DNA of 64,000 bases, from contig JBQMXM010000004.1 in NCBI GenBank assembly GCA_052174015.1, positions 10 through 64,009 of the forward strand. The letters run 5' to 3'. Source of the DNA: Clostridium sp. GTDB lineage: Bacteria; Bacillota; Clostridia; TANB77; CAG-508. The translations under genes were made by a program, and so were the position numbers. A model generated the notes under the pieces. It was not told the origin of the DNA and did not search any database. It was given only the letters and a program-made list of their open reading frames with translations. Shown here one piece after another: positions 10,573 through 20,571 of this stretch. Each line of letters begins with the position of its first letter. The stretch's first letter is position 1.

Positions 10573-11388
10573 CTATCTTCCTACCCCCTTATAATCTAGA
10601 TAGATTACTTTCATTTGTTTTGTTGATTGTATATTTTTTGAGTTTGTTACTGTATATGTAATTGTATATGTTTTTCCTTTTTCCCATTTATCTATTGATA
10701 CATCTAATTCATATTTAATTTTTGAACTTATCTTTTTATCTTCCTTATCATATGCTTCTACTAATTTTAATGGTTCAAGTACAATTTTACCTTCACTACT
10801 TATTTTAGGTATAATTTCTCCTTTTGCTGTTAAAAATATATCTTCTTTAAGCCAAATAACTGGAGCATTGCCTAGTTTTTCTTCTTCTATATCTTTTCTT
10901 TTTAACTCTCCATTAGATAATGTATATTCATATATCCTCTCACTCCCACCATTATATTTAATCATATATATAAATGGGGCAGAAGTGTTATCTATCTCCA
11001 CTTTTTCATTTTTTAATTCATCTATTTTTTTAAGTTCTTTATTAATATTTAGTACTAATTCTTTTGTCTTTAATTCTGCATGTACATTATTTGTACTTTG
11101 AGTTGCTTTTAAAAGTTCTGTTCCTTTTAATTTATGTAAGTTTTCTTCTCTTTTTTGTATATATGTACTAATATATTGTTTAAGCTCTTCTTTTCTTAAT
11201 TCTTCTTCCTGAGATTTAGTTATTATACCTATTTTTTTAAATATTCTATACTTTTTTTGAGTTGGTACAGTAACATTAAATATATATATACATACTACTA
11301 ATATTAATAATATTATTATACATATATTAACTATCCCTATTTTCTTTTGTTTTTTGTTTGTATCTATTATTGTTTTTTGTTTTTCCAT
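10573..11388 (-). CDS. Membrane-anchored hypothetical protein
   Basis: N-terminal TM helix then a K/E-rich soluble domain. No recognisable motif. Confidence 0.4.
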   Translation of the reverse strand: MEKQKTIIDTNKKQKKIGIVNICIIILLILVVCIYIFNVTVPTQKKYRIFKKIGIITKSQEEELRKEELKQYISTYIQKREENLHKLKGTELLKATQSTNNVHAELKTKELVLNINKELKKIDELKNEKVEIDNTSAPFIYMIKYNGGSERIYEYTLSNGELKRKDIEEEKLGNAPVIWLKEDIFLTAKGEIIPKISSEGKIVLEPLKLVEAYDKEDKKISSKIKYELDVSIDKWEKGKTYTITYTVTNSKNIQSTKQMKVIYLDYKGVGR

Positions 11389-11410
11389 TTATACCTCTTA
11401 ATATTTACTA

Positions 11411-14400
11411 TTACATTCCCATCATATCAAAAATACTTGTTTGTGCTGTTTCTTGTATTCCATCTAGTGTTCCAAATTTATCTAATAATTCCATAGTAGA
11501 CTTACCTATCCTGCATTTATCTTTTACTTCTTCGCGTGTAAAAAATGAACCAAATTCTTCTTTTTCTGTTTTTGCAGCTAACGCTATTTGCTCTGCTGCT
11601 ACCGTTCCAAGTCCTGGTATTGAGTTTAATGGTGGTAAGATTGTATTTTCGTCTATCATTTTAAATTTCTTTGCATCTGATTCGTATAAGTCTATTGGTG
11701 CAAATTTAATTCCTCTTTTATACATTTCAAGTACTATTTCACAAATTGAATATACTCCCTTTTCTTTTACCCCCATTTTTGGTAATGCTTCTAATTCTTT
11801 CATTTTTTCTATTACTTTATCTTCTCCATAAATTAGAAAACTTGCGTCAAAATCTCCACCTGCTCTTACAGAAAAATATGCTGTATAATATGCAACTGGT
11901 TGATGTACTTTAAACCATGCAATCCTAAATGCGTTTGTAACATATGCAACTGCGTGTGCTTTTGGAAACATATATTTAATCTTGTTACATGAATCTATAT
12001 ACCATTGTGGAACATTATGTTTTGCCATTAATTCTTCCCATTCTGGTTTAAGTCCCTTACCTTTCCTTACTTTTTCCATTATATTAAAAGCTTCTTCTGG
12101 TGGTAATCCCATTGAAATTAAATATATCATTATATCATCTCTTGTACATATAGCTTCTGATAATGTTGCAATATTATTATTTACTAAATCTTGTGCATTA
12201 TTTAACCATACATCTGTCCCATGTGATAATCCAGATATTCTAATTAATTCTTCAAATGTTGTTGGTTTTGTATCAACTAACATCTCTCGTACAAAATGTG
12301 TACCAAATTCAGGTACTCCATATGTTCCAACTTGACTATTAATGTCTTCAGGTTTTAATCCAAGTGCTTCTGTTCCTGAAAATATTGACATTGTTTTTTT
12401 ATCATCTAATGCTATTTTAACTGGATTTATTCCTGTTAAATCTTGTAAATGTCTAATCATTGTAGGGTCTAAATGTCCTAATATATCTAATTTTAATAGA
12501 TTATGGTCTATTTTATGATAATCAAAGTGTGTTGTAATTATATCTGAATCTGATTTATCTGCTGGTTTTTGAATTGGACAAAATTCAAATATTGTTCTTC
12601 CTGCTGGTACTACAATAATTCCACCTGGATGTTGTCCTGTTGTTTTTTTGACTCCTTCAAATCCTTTTGCAAGTCTTGCAATCTCTACATTTGGTTTTTG
12701 AATTTCTTTATCATCAAAATATCCCTTTACATATCCAAATGCTGTTTTTTCTGCAATTGTTCCTATTGTACCGGCTTTAAATGTTGTACCATCACCTATT
12801 ATTTCTTCTGTATATTTATGTGCTTTTGATTGATATTCATCTGAAAAGTTAAGGTCAATATCTGGCTCTTTGTTTCCTGTAAATCCTAAGAATGTTTCAA
12901 AAGGTATATCCATACCATCTTTTACTAATTTTTCTCCACATACAGGACATGTTTTGTCTGGTAAATCAAATCCATTTAATATTCCAAAATCTGAAAAGTC
13001 TGAATATTTACATTTTTCACACCTATAATGTGGTTTAAGTGAGTTTACTTCTGTAATTCCTGTCATATATGCAACTAAACTTGAACCTACAGAACCTCTT
13101 GAACCTACTATATATCCGTCTTCATTTGATTTTTTAACTAATTTCTGAGCTATAATATACATTACCGAAAATCCATTATTGATTATTGAATCTAATTCTT
13201 TTTTTAGTCTTTTTTCAACTATTTCTGGTAATGGATTACCATATAGTTCATATGCTTTTGTATATGTTATGTCTCTAATTGTATCTTCACAACCTTCAAT
13301 ATATGGTGTTGCTTTATCTTTTGATATTGGATAAATTTCATCATCTATCATATCTGTAATTATATTTGTATTTGTAACAACTATTTCATATGCTTTGTCT
13401 TTCCCTAAAAATTCAAATTCTTCTAGCATTTCTTCTGTTGTTTTAAAAGATAAATCTGGTTGTATACTTGCATTTTTCTTTTTTTGTCCTACATGTAATA
13501 TTTCTCTATATATCTTATCTTCAGGGTCTAAAAAATATACATCTCCAATTGCAACCACTTTCTTTTCTAATTTTTCACCTAATTCTACTATTTTTTTAAT
13601 AATATTTTTAGCATCTTCTAAACTCTTATATGTTCCTAATTCAACCTTACTTTTTAAACTTATAGGTGTTGGAACTTCTAAATAATCATAATATTTTGCG
13701 ATTTCCAATAATTCTTCTTCTGTTTTTCCACCTTCAATTGCACTAAATAGTTCTCCATTTGAATTACCACTTCCAATAATAAGGCCATCCTTATATTTAT
13801 TAAATAATGTTTTAAGTATTCTTGGTCTCATATAGTAATGATATATATGTGAGTATGATATAAGTTTATATAGGTTTGTGATTCCCACTTGTTTTGTTAC
13901 AAGTATTGTTGCATTTGCTGTTGGATATTTTTTGTATGCATCCTTATTATCTGCCCATTTTTCATCAAATTCATTCCATTTAATAATTCCTTTGGCAGAT
14001 ATTCTTTTAATCATATCTTCAAACACTTTAATTAATGTTTTAACGTCATCTAAGGCTCTATGTGCAACTTCTACTTTAATATTTAAATATTCTGCAATCT
14101 TACCTAACCTATATCTTGATAATTCAGGATATATTTGTTTTGCAAGTCTTAATGTATCAATATACATATTATCAAATGTATATCCTAATAATTTTGCATT
14201 ATGTCTAATAAACCCTATATCAAAATCTGCATTATGTGCAACAAGTATTGTTCCCTTAATAAATTCCATAACTTTAGGCATTACTTCATCTATTTTAGGT
14301 GCATCTTTTACCATTTCATCTGTAATGTGAGTTACTTCAACAACTTCTTTTGGTATTGGCATTTCTGGATTTACAAATGTTTCAAATGTATCAATTATTT

Positions 14401-16099
14401 CTCCATTTTTGTATTTAATAATACCAAATTCAGTTATTTTATCTGTTCTAAAAGAAAATCCTGTTGTCTCTATATCTAAAACGCAATATGTATCAGATAT
14501 ATTTTCATCATTCATAAATGAAAATGCTGAAACATCATCTAATGCTAAGTTTGCATCTACTCCATATATTGCTTTAATTTCATTATCTTTTGCTGCATTC
14601 ATTGCATCTGGAAATGATTGTACAACTCCTGTATCTGTTATACTTATTGCTCTCATTCCATATTGTTTTGCTCTTTTAAATAGATTTTTTACACTAACTA
14701 TACCATCTAACTGACTCATTTGTGTATGTGCTTTAAGTTCTACTCTTTTAACTTCTGCATTATCTAATTTCACCTTTTTTTCAATAAATCCATTTTCTTT
14801 TATACAATATATTTTAAGTGCTAATTCTTTTTGATACTTATTATCTTCTGTTTTTCCATATATTAAAAATTTACCATTTTCTTTTTGATGTTTACTAACT
14901 CTTTCTTCTGCTTTTTCTAAATATCTTTCATTTATAAATTTTGTACAATTAATAGTTGAAGTTCCGTCATATACAGCACAAGTAAATAATATTAAATCAT
15001 CTCTAATTTTTCTAAATTCATATGAAAGTATTGTTCCATCTATAATTACTTCCATATCTGGTTTTGTTAAATTTTCTACTGTATTTGCTATACATTCTAC
15101 ATCATTTGGTTTTCTTCCAACAATATTACCTTTTTCTCCTACATTTTCTTCAACTTTTATTTCTATATTATTATTATTTTTTTTATTTTCATTTTTAGCT
15201 ACAACATTATTTTTAGCTACTGTTACTTCTACTTTTTTCTCTTCTACTTTTTTTACTGTATTATTAACATCAATAGTATTATCTGTATTTCCACTTACTT
15301 GCATTTGTATATCTTCTTGTAATAATTTAAGTTCGTCTAGTGGACTTTCAAATACTATATCACTCTTTACTATATCACTATTTTTTTTCATTTCATTTTG
15401 AATTGTATTAACAGTATTTTTAGGAAGTACTTCTTCTACTTTAAATGTTTCATTATTTGAATCTGCATTATACATCATATTATACATATCTAAATCATTA
15501 TTGCTATCTACATTTTTTTTATCAGCATATTTTGAATTATTCATATCTATCTTGTATTCAACTCCAAAAATATTATTTAAATTCATCTCTATTTTTTTAT
15601 CTAGTTGTTTTCTTTCTAAAAATGATATGCTTTTTTTAGGTATATCCCACTTAATTGTATTTTGATTTTCTATACCCAAAGATATATTACTCTTTGATAA
15701 AAAAGCGTATGTTAATGGTTCATTTACACATATATATGATATAAATTTATTCCAATTTGAAAAAATATATTTTTCAAATTCTTCTTTAGCTATATCTAAC
15801 TTGTTTGAATTATCATTTTTTAAAAAGTATACATCAAGAAAAACCCCATCATATAATGAGTGTGATTTTAAAAAATATTGCTTTATTTCTTTTAATAAAT
15901 CTATATTAATATTTTGAAACATAGTATTATCAAAATATAATTTAATTTTAGGTATGTCTTTAAATCCTTTTCCAAATGTTGGATTAAATCCTTTTTTATT
16001 ATATTCTGATATTATTGAATAAACATTATCTTCAACATATATTCCATTATATTTATTTGTATTAAATTTACTAAACATTTCCCCTAATAATTTCATCAT
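11411..16099 (-). CDS. polC: DNA polymerase III PolC-type
   Basis: 1562 aa. 3'-5' exonuclease motif VLDIETTGFS, PHP and polymerase core motifs, Zn-finger CEKCKY...CPVCG. About 150-aa N/K/D/V-rich low-complexity insertion in the N-terminal region. The second ATG (16096) has better spacing to the AGGGG RBS. Confidence 0.95.
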   Translation of the reverse strand: MMKLLGEMFSKFNTNKYNGIYVEDNVYSIISEYNKKGFNPTFGKGFKDIPKIKLYFDNTMFQNINIDLLKEIKQYFLKSHSLYDGVFLDVYFLKNDNSNKLDIAKEEFEKYIFSNWNKFISYICVNEPLTYAFLSKSNISLGIENQNTIKWDIPKKSISFLERKQLDKKIEMNLNNIFGVEYKIDMNNSKYADKKNVDSNNDLDMYNMMYNADSNNETFKVEEVLPKNTVNTIQNEMKKNSDIVKSDIVFESPLDELKLLQEDIQMQVSGNTDNTIDVNNTVKKVEEKKVEVTVAKNNVVAKNENKKNNNNIEIKVEENVGEKGNIVGRKPNDVECIANTVENLTKPDMEVIIDGTILSYEFRKIRDDLILFTCAVYDGTSTINCTKFINERYLEKAEERVSKHQKENGKFLIYGKTEDNKYQKELALKIYCIKENGFIEKKVKLDNAEVKRVELKAHTQMSQLDGIVSVKNLFKRAKQYGMRAISITDTGVVQSFPDAMNAAKDNEIKAIYGVDANLALDDVSAFSFMNDENISDTYCVLDIETTGFSFRTDKITEFGIIKYKNGEIIDTFETFVNPEMPIPKEVVEVTHITDEMVKDAPKIDEVMPKVMEFIKGTILVAHNADFDIGFIRHNAKLLGYTFDNMYIDTLRLAKQIYPELSRYRLGKIAEYLNIKVEVAHRALDDVKTLIKVFEDMIKRISAKGIIKWNEFDEKWADNKDAYKKYPTANATILVTKQVGITNLYKLISYSHIYHYYMRPRILKTLFNKYKDGLIIGSGNSNGELFSAIEGGKTEEELLEIAKYYDYLEVPTPISLKSKVELGTYKSLEDAKNIIKKIVELGEKLEKKVVAIGDVYFLDPEDKIYREILHVGQKKKNASIQPDLSFKTTEEMLEEFEFLGKDKAYEIVVTNTNIITDMIDDEIYPISKDKATPYIEGCEDTIRDITYTKAYELYGNPLPEIVEKRLKKELDSIINNGFSVMYIIAQKLVKKSNEDGYIVGSRGSVGSSLVAYMTGITEVNSLKPHYRCEKCKYSDFSDFGILNGFDLPDKTCPVCGEKLVKDGMDIPFETFLGFTGNKEPDIDLNFSDEYQSKAHKYTEEIIGDGTTFKAGTIGTIAEKTAFGYVKGYFDDKEIQKPNVEIARLAKGFEGVKKTTGQHPGGIIVVPAGRTIFEFCPIQKPADKSDSDIITTHFDYHKIDHNLLKLDILGHLDPTMIRHLQDLTGINPVKIALDDKKTMSIFSGTEALGLKPEDINSQVGTYGVPEFGTHFVREMLVDTKPTTFEELIRISGLSHGTDVWLNNAQDLVNNNIATLSEAICTRDDIMIYLISMGLPPEEAFNIMEKVRKGKGLKPEWEELMAKHNVPQWYIDSCNKIKYMFPKAHAVAYVTNAFRIAWFKVHQPVAYYTAYFSVRAGGDFDASFLIYGEDKVIEKMKELEALPKMGVKEKGVYSICEIVLEMYKRGIKFAPIDLYESDAKKFKMIDENTILPPLNSIPGLGTVAAEQIALAAKTEKEEFGSFFTREEVKDKCRIGKSTMELLDKFGTLDGIQETAQTSIFDMMGM

Positions 16100-16135
16100 T
16101 GCCCCTAGTAATTTAAATTTTAAATATTCAATTTA

Positions 16136-16975
16136 TTATCTTTTGTTATTTTTATCTTTATTTATTTTATTTTGTTTTCCTTTTCCTTTTTCATTACTAT
16201 TATGACCATTATTAATAATAGTATCTTTTACATTATTATATGTATCTTTTAATATATTCTTGTACATAATTTCAGATTCTTTTGGTGCTATATATCCTGT
16301 AATACCAATAACTAATGGTGCTATATCATCAAGTCCTTTTAAATCTTCTATTTCTATATCATAATTATTCAACCCTTTTGTTTTTACTGATTGAAAAATT
16401 AAATTAACCCTTTTATATATCCTATATTTTTTGTATTCTTTTAAATCTTTTAAATCTTCATACTTTAATGTTTTAATTCTTAAAAATGGAAATACTTTTT
16501 TAAGTACTACTTTGTTTTCATAAAAATATACTCTTAATGTTTCTCTTTTTTGTTTTAAATATATATGTTTTAAATATATCATAAGCCCATAAAGTATTAT
16601 TGCAATTGGTGAATAATATACATTTGGTAAAATTGATAATACTGCTAAAAATATTAATAATGTTATTAATACATAATCAAAATATTTAATTAAATTATCT
16701 TTTAAATAATTATATTTAAATCTAAATTGTATATATGTTAGTTTAGTTTCTGAATCTATTTTTTTCTCTATAATAACTTCATCATTAGATACTTCATCTA
16801 ATTGACTTTGTTTGACATTTTTTAGCAATTCATTTTCTATATTTTTTTCCCTATATTCTTTTAAATCTTTAAAACATACATGGCATATATTTCCCTTTTT
16901 TTGTAATATTTTACCACATATTTTACATCTATATTCTTTTTCTGTTTTTATCTTTTGTTTTTCTACTTTTTTCAT
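16136..16975 (-). CDS. Zinc-ribbon membrane protein, possibly with a bacterial PH-like domain
   Basis: N-terminal CKICG...CHVCF zinc ribbon, two TM helices, then a soluble domain with a basic lysine-rich tail. Confidence 0.4.
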   Translation of the reverse strand: MKKVEKQKIKTEKEYRCKICGKILQKKGNICHVCFKDLKEYREKNIENELLKNVKQSQLDEVSNDEVIIEKKIDSETKLTYIQFRFKYNYLKDNLIKYFDYVLITLLIFLAVLSILPNVYYSPIAIILYGLMIYLKHIYLKQKRETLRVYFYENKVVLKKVFPFLRIKTLKYEDLKDLKEYKKYRIYKRVNLIFQSVKTKGLNNYDIEIEDLKGLDDIAPLVIGITGYIAPKESEIMYKNILKDTYNNVKDTIINNGHNSNEKGKGKQNKINKDKNNKR

Positions 16976-17109
16976 ATTTTAAACATCCTCACAGTATTCC
17001 ATTATTATATTTTTAAGTATATCATAAATAAATATAAAAAAATATATTAAAAGTTAAATTGTTAAAATATATTTAAAATAAAATATATTTAAAATTTTAC
17101 AATAAAAAA

Positions 17110-17130
17110 GAAGGCAATATAATTACCTTC
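17110..17130 (-). terminator. Rho-independent terminator of ORF 17148-18164
   Basis: GAAGGCAATATAATTACCTTC hairpin followed by a T-run on the minus strand. Confidence 0.7.
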
Positions 17131-17147
17131 TTTTTTTATTAACATTT

Positions 17148-18164
17148 CTAGCTTTCTACATTTATACTAGCAATTTTTACATTGCTAATATAAGTATAAG
17201 AATCAAATAATTGCTCAAAGTGCATCAAACTATGTATTTTTTTAATTTCTTCCAAAATACTAGTTCCCCGAATAAGAACTTCTATTTCAGAACTATTATT
17301 ATATGGTAATTCCATCTCATGATTTCCTACCATACTTTTAAATACACTAATTGGCATAATTATTTCTGAATTACCTATTTCACTTTTATCTGTTCCTGCT
17401 TCTTCAAGTACATAATTATAATTTATTTTTACCTTGTCTTTCATTTTAGAGTTTTCTAACATATATTCTTCTAATAATTCTAAGCTCCAATCTACATTAG
17501 ATATTCGATTGAACAAATAAATATTTCTATCATATTTTTCTTGAGTTTCTGTATTATATTCATATTCTATTAAATATGAAGATAACATATACAGTAAATA
17601 TTCTTTTGTAGGGGATGGATTCCTTATTTCTAGAAGTTGCCTAGATAATTCTAAATTTTCCAAATTGAATTTTGGATAATAAATTATATTTGATATAGTT
17701 AAAATCTCAAAATAATTAATTTTGTCTTTTTTAAATATGTCTTTTAATATTTTTAAAATATCATTAATAACACATCTAAAAGTTACACTATTATACATGT
17801 TTTTTATATCTAAATTGAGCAACTGAACTTTTTCTTCATTATCAAAGATTTCTAAAATAAGATCCATAGGAATATAGATATCCTTAAATTTTTTACCTTT
17901 ACATTTTTCAACATTAAAAGCAACTTTTACACAAAATAAATTGTTTCTAAAGATATAATCAATAAATTCATTCAAATACTGCTCAGAAGTTTTTCTATTC
18001 CATTCATAAATGTTTATGTCTGCAAATAGTCTACGAGTATTATTATACAAGTTTTGTGTTTTTCTGTTCCAATAAATTGCTAAATCATTTTCAAACTCAA
18101 GCAATTCTTTGGCAATATTAAATTTTGCGATTTCTCTTGCTACATGTCCTAATTTTTTGTTCAT
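17148..18164 (-). CDS. Hypothetical protein, member A1 of a three-paralog cassette family (WNRKT...Y repeats)
   Basis: Repeated W-N/S-K-T/D-x4-Y-L/F-N-E-F/L motif (IYWNRKTQNLY / YEWNRKTSEQYLNEF), shared with ORFs 24048 and 25060. Own promoter, 5'UTR hairpin and terminator. Confidence 0.5.
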   Translation of the reverse strand: MNKKLGHVAREIAKFNIAKELLEFENDLAIYWNRKTQNLYNNTRRLFADINIYEWNRKTSEQYLNEFIDYIFRNNLFCVKVAFNVEKCKGKKFKDIYIPMDLILEIFDNEEKVQLLNLDIKNMYNSVTFRCVINDILKILKDIFKKDKINYFEILTISNIIYYPKFNLENLELSRQLLEIRNPSPTKEYLLYMLSSYLIEYEYNTETQEKYDRNIYLFNRISNVDWSLELLEEYMLENSKMKDKVKINYNYVLEEAGTDKSEIGNSEIIMPISVFKSMVGNHEMELPYNNSSEIEVLIRGTSILEEIKKIHSLMHFEQLFDSYTYISNVKIASINVES

Positions 18165-18180
18165 TTTTTTCTCCTGTTTG

Positions 18181-18211
18181 CAATACTGAGTTGTGCCGCC
18201 ACAACCTAAGC
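18181..18211 (-). promoter_or_regulatory. Conserved 5'UTR hairpin element (GTTGTG-CCGC-CACAAC), copy 1
   Basis: 31-nt block caatactgagttgtgccgccacaacctaagc. GC-rich 6-bp stem, 4-nt loop, 15-45 nt upstream of the AGGAG RBS. Near-identical block at 25551-25581. Confidence 0.6.
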
Positions 18212-18243
18212 AAACATATAATATATTTATTTGGTATATAATA

Positions 18244-18272
18244 ATTATAACTCTTTTTCTGTATTATGTCAA
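18244..18272 (-). promoter_or_regulatory. Sigma-A-type promoter of ORF 17148-18164
   Basis: Minus strand TTGACA-N17-TATAAT (TTGACAtaatacagaaaaagagtTATAAT). Confidence 0.65.
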
Positions 18273-18396
18273 CTTTAGTAAAGCTATAAAAAATATAGAA
18301 TATAGTCTTATAATAAACTGTATTCTACATTTTTTATTTTATATTTTATATTTATATTTATTTTTATCTTATTTTTATCTTTATATAATTATACTT

Positions 18397-19236
18397 TTAA
18401 ATTAAATACCCTAAAGACATTAAAAAATATGCAAATGGTGCTGTATATATTAAGCTATCTATTCTATCTAATATTCCGCCATGCTCTTTTAATAATGTAC
18501 CATAATCTTTCTTTTTAAAACTACGTTTAATACTTGATGCAAATAAGTCTCCAAGTTGTGATATAGCACTTAAAAATACTATTATTGGTATTAATCTAAT
18601 ATAGTCTATTGAGATTTGTGTATTTAAATAATATGCTATAACAAATTTGTATAATATACTAAATATTACTGCAAATACTATTCCTGCAATACTTCCTTCT
18701 ACTGTCTTTTTAGGACTAATTTTTGTTAATTTATGTTTTCCAAATTTTGAACCTATTAAATATGCAAATGTATCTGTTGAACTTACAATTACAAATAGTA
18801 ATCCTAATTTAAAGTTTCCATTTTGTAAGTTGGATATTTTTAATAAGTATAATGGTAATGCTCCAATATATATATATCCAAGTATTGACATTGCTATTTG
18901 CTGTATATTATATTTCATTTCTTTTATAATATTTATAATCGTAACTATACTCATTTGTAATATTATTATTGTTGATAAATATAGGTATAGTAAGTTTTTT
19001 TCAAGCTTATTATATGATATATACATAAATATTATTGATATTATTTGAAATATATATGAAATGTATTTTAAATATGTTTTATCTAAATCAATACATTTAA
19101 AATATTCATCTGTTGCTAAAAACATTATTAATGCTGTAAATATATATACAATTATATTATTTGGTATTATTACCATTGCAATTAGTAATATTAAATATAA
19201 TAGCCCTATTTTACTTCTACTTAATAAATTTTTCAT
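18397..19236 (-). CDS. cdsA: Phosphatidate cytidylyltransferase
   Basis: Multi-TM CTP-transferase family. Position directly downstream of uppS, as in the conserved frr-uppS-cdsA block. Confidence 0.8.
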   Translation of the reverse strand: MKNLLSRSKIGLLYLILLIAMVIIPNNIIVYIFTALIMFLATDEYFKCIDLDKTYLKYISYIFQIISIIFMYISYNKLEKNLLYLYLSTIIILQMSIVTIINIIKEMKYNIQQIAMSILGYIYIGALPLYLLKISNLQNGNFKLGLLFVIVSSTDTFAYLIGSKFGKHKLTKISPKKTVEGSIAGIVFAVIFSILYKFVIAYYLNTQISIDYIRLIPIIVFLSAISQLGDLFASSIKRSFKKKDYGTLLKEHGGILDRIDSLIYTAPFAYFLMSLGYLI

Positions 19237-19934
19237 TATCCTGCTCCAAATCTTCTATTTCTTTTACTAAATTCTTCATCTATTCTTTCTAAATCTTCTA
19301 TATTAAAGTCTGGCCAATCTTTTTGTATAAAGAAAAATTCTGTATATGTTAATTGCCAAGGTAAGAAATTACTTAATCTTTGTTCTCCACTTGTCCTAAT
19401 TAATATATCTGGATCTGGTATATCTTTTGAATATAGATTATCTTCTACTATTTTTTCGTCTATTTGTTCTAATGATAATTCTCCTTTTTTAACTTTATCA
19501 GCTATTTTTTTGACTGCTTCTGTTATTTCTTTTCTTCCACCATAATTAAAACATAAGTTTAATTGCATACCATCTTTATCTTTTGTTTTGTTTTCAGACT
19601 CAATTTCTAATTTTTTTAATTCTTCTGATAAATTATCTTTTGTTCCTAAAAATTTAACTCGTATATTATGTTTTGCACTATTTTTTATTAATTTTGCAAA
19701 ATAAATTCTAAATAATCTCATTAAATAATCTACTTCTTCTTTTGACCTTTTCCAATTTTCAGTTGAAAAAATATATACTGTTAAATATTTAAGTCCCTTT
19801 TTTGCTGCTTGTTTTGCAACATTTTCAAGTGTTTGAGCTCCTTGTTTATGTCCAAGTTGTGGAGCCATCCCTTTTTTCTTTGCCCATCTTCTATTTCCAT
19901 CTAATATAATAGCTATGTGATTTGCTTCTATCAT
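19236..19934 (-). CDS. uppS: Undecaprenyl diphosphate synthase
   Basis: HIAIILDGNRRWAKKKG and other cis-prenyltransferase motifs. Confidence 0.92.
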   Translation of the reverse strand: MIEANHIAIILDGNRRWAKKKGMAPQLGHKQGAQTLENVAKQAAKKGLKYLTVYIFSTENWKRSKEEVDYLMRLFRIYFAKLIKNSAKHNIRVKFLGTKDNLSEELKKLEIESENKTKDKDGMQLNLCFNYGGRKEITEAVKKIADKVKKGELSLEQIDEKIVEDNLYSKDIPDPDILIRTSGEQRLSNFLPWQLTYTEFFFIQKDWPDFNIEDLERIDEEFSKRNRRFGAG

Positions 19935-20476
19935 ACTGTTTTTATCTCCTTTTCTTTTACTGAGAATTTTTCTTCAATTATATTAATATATTTATCTGTA
20001 AGTTTTTGAATTTGTTCTTCTTCTCTTTCTAAGTCATCTTGAGATATTTCCTTATTTTTTTCTTGCATTTTAGCTTCATCTATTGCTTCACGTCTTACAT
20101 TTCTAATTGCTACTTTTGATTTTTCTGTTAATTCTTTAATATTTTTAACGATTTCTAATCTTCTTTCTTGTGTTAATTCTGGAAATGCTAATCTAATTAC
20201 TTTTCCATCATTTTGTGGAGTTATTCCAATATTTGCTTCTATGATTGCTTTTTCTACTTGTTTTAATAATGTTACATCCCATGGTTGTACAACTATTAAT
20301 CTTGCTTCAGGTACTGATATTCCTGCAACTTGATTAATTGGTGTTAATACTCCATAATACTCTACGTTTATCCTATTTAGTATTGTAGGATTTGCTCTTC
20401 CTGTTCTAATTTCTGAAAATTCTTGTACTAAATGATCTACAATATTTTTCATTTTATCTTCAAATTTACTATCCAT
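19931..20476 (-). CDS. frr: Ribosome recycling factor
   Basis: 181 aa, RRF signature ...GISVPEARLIVVQPWD.... ATGA overlap with uppS. Confidence 0.92.
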   Translation of the reverse strand: MDSKFEDKMKNIVDHLVQEFSEIRTGRANPTILNRINVEYYGVLTPINQVAGISVPEARLIVVQPWDVTLLKQVEKAIIEANIGITPQNDGKVIRLAFPELTQERRLEIVKNIKELTEKSKVAIRNVRREAIDEAKMQEKNKEISQDDLEREEEQIQKLTDKYINIIEEKFSVKEKEIKTV

Positions 20477-20571
20477 AAATTATACTTTCTCCTTTACTTT
20501 TTACTATACTTATTTTATATTTTTTTAACCAATATGTCCATACTTTAACACATTTTTTAGATTTATTTGTA

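Noticed and set aside
9532-10599. 355-aa plus-strand ORF
   Set aside because: It is exactly antisense to the unmistakable gpsA gene. Its hydrophobic, low-complexity translation is a shadow ORF caused by AT-rich codon usage.
18181-18211. CTRAG...CTAAG direct repeats flanking the GTTGTG/CACAAC palindrome as a target-site duplication of a mobile element
   Set aside because: The element is only ~30 nt, encodes no transposase, and occurs at a fixed position in the 5'UTR of paralogous genes. A conserved regulatory hairpin is the simpler explanation.
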